Below are positions 62,613-64,000 of a DNA stretch of 64,000 nucleotides, one piece after another. This DNA comes from Lama guanicoe. Its lineage: Eukaryota. Numbering within the stretch: the first letter of the stretch is position 1; the number at the start of each line of letters is the position of its first letter. Both the position numbers and the translations under genes were made by a program. The stretch is taken from positions 10,001,352-10,065,351 of the forward strand of contig MU053934.1 in the NCBI GenBank assembly GCA_013239625.1, read 5' to 3'. The notes beneath the pieces are model-generated. The model saw nothing but the letters and a program-made list of their open reading frames with translations, did not search any database and was not told where the DNA came from.

Positions 62613-64000
62613 TCCGGGGCGGGTGGAGGGGTCAGGGCAGCATGCTGGGGGCATGGCGCGTGGGCGGGGGTTGCAGGAGCCCTCCAGGCCTGCCCCTGCA
62701 GAGTCCCGCCCTTGCAGGTGGGTAGGAGCCTCGGCCAGTCTTGGTGGGCGGGCTGGACCGGACCCTCACCATGACATCTGCAAGGGTGTTCAGTGCTGTG
62801 GGACAAGGACTGAGCTCAGAGGGTCTCCCTGTGTCCTGAGTCCTCTCGGTCCCTGAGCCGCGTGGAGGCCCCGCCTCCCTTCTCAGGAGGTCTGAGCTGC
62901 TGGCCCCCTTGCGCTCGCTCTCTCGTGTTTGTATGAACCTGTGCTTGCTTCCTTGCTCGTGTTTTTGGAGCGGCTGTGTGGACTGAATGTCTATTTTTTC
63001 CTATTTTTCCACGTTGCGAGGAGCCCAGGCATCCGTGCTCAGGCGGTGACTGTTTTGTGGGAGTGGAGAGGGTCTTGCTGTGCTGAGCACCAGGGATGCA
63101 CCCGTGGGTGGGGTTTCGCTAAATACACAGACCGTTTTACTGGTTTGCTTTTTAGTGGTTGCGTTTTGTGCTATTAAATGCCTTTTATTTTGTCTGGAAA
63201 CACTTTGGAAAAATAAATTTGAAGGGAAGTCTTTTTTTTCCTTCTTATGTATTTGTCTGATGTGGCAGACCTGGATTCCTTGGGGATAATTTCAGATGAG
63301 GACAAAAGTAACTTTTGAAAAATAAATCCCTGATGATTTTGGATTTGGTTTTTGCTTTTTAAAAGATTTTTAAAATGAGAGCTGGAGGAAGTATTTCAGT
63401 CCCCTAAGTATTGTGAAGGCGAGGTCAGAGGTCGTGTGTGGAAAAGAGTAGAACGTGTGCTGGGAGGCCAGGTCTCTGTCTTCCTGTTCTCAAACCCGTG
63501 GGCAGTGAGGAGAGGCAGTGGCCGAGTGGCCCTGGGCCGGGGCGGGACACCGGCCCTCCCTGCCTTCTCCAGCGGGCCCTTTGTCGAGCTCCTCCTTGGC
63601 TTATCCACCCCTCAGTCCAGCAAGTGCCCTATGGGGGCCGCGGGCCCCCCTTGGAGGGGCTGGGCTGCTCCCTGCTCCTGCAGACAGGTGTGCGGGGGAC
63701 ACGGGCATCGGGGCCACCGCTGTGCTCGGCCCCGGGAGCCCAGACTCGCCTGCCGGCCTAGTGGGGGCCTGCCAACCCCGCCCAGGGGCGGGTGTTGGTT
63801 CTGTGCCCCAGATGGGAGGCGGGGCCTTGAAGTGGAGGTGGCGCCGGCCTCGCAGTGACACGTCCTACCAGCACTTGCTCATTGAGCACATCCCTTGTGC
63901 CAGGCTCCTTACACGCAGCCCGCTGCGTGCTCACAGCCGTGGGGGTGCCGTGCGGTCCTGCACGGGCTGCACAGACTGGGTCCCAGGCAGGGGGGTTGGG

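Noticed and set aside
57049-64000. TBC1D22A exon 2
   Set aside because: No sequence encoding the expected continuation (SIQHVYGAQHP, from memory of human) was seen; it is probably beyond the right edge.

Overview
Mammalian, GC-rich genomic DNA, probably camelid (four copies of a short tRNA-Ala-like SINE resembling vic-1). It is the CERK / TBC1D22A head-to-head locus, syntenic with human 22q13.31. On the minus strand are coding exons 1-8 of ceramide kinase (CERK): 934 nt, all GT-AG, phases consistent; the remaining exons lie beyond the left edge. On the plus strand is coding exon 1 of TBC1D22A with its CpG-island promoter. The rest is intron and intergenic DNA with old repeats (Tigger1, L1, L2, MIR, MLT1, MER20/33/58, ERV1 solo LTRs), a (CA)n microsatellite, a 96-bp tandem duplication and a 192-N assembly gap over the CERK promoter. 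I found no new gene system. The most interesting signals are (i) strong, patchy A/T-to-G/C remodelling of repeats, consistent with GC-biased gene conversion, including a CpG-rich patch inside a decayed L1; (ii) candidate nuclear-receptor DR1 elements in the first introns of both genes; (iii) a shortened CERK N-terminus; and (iv) an overlapping uORF on TBC1D22A. Repeat family names and human/mouse comparisons are from memory of consensus sequences, not from searches.
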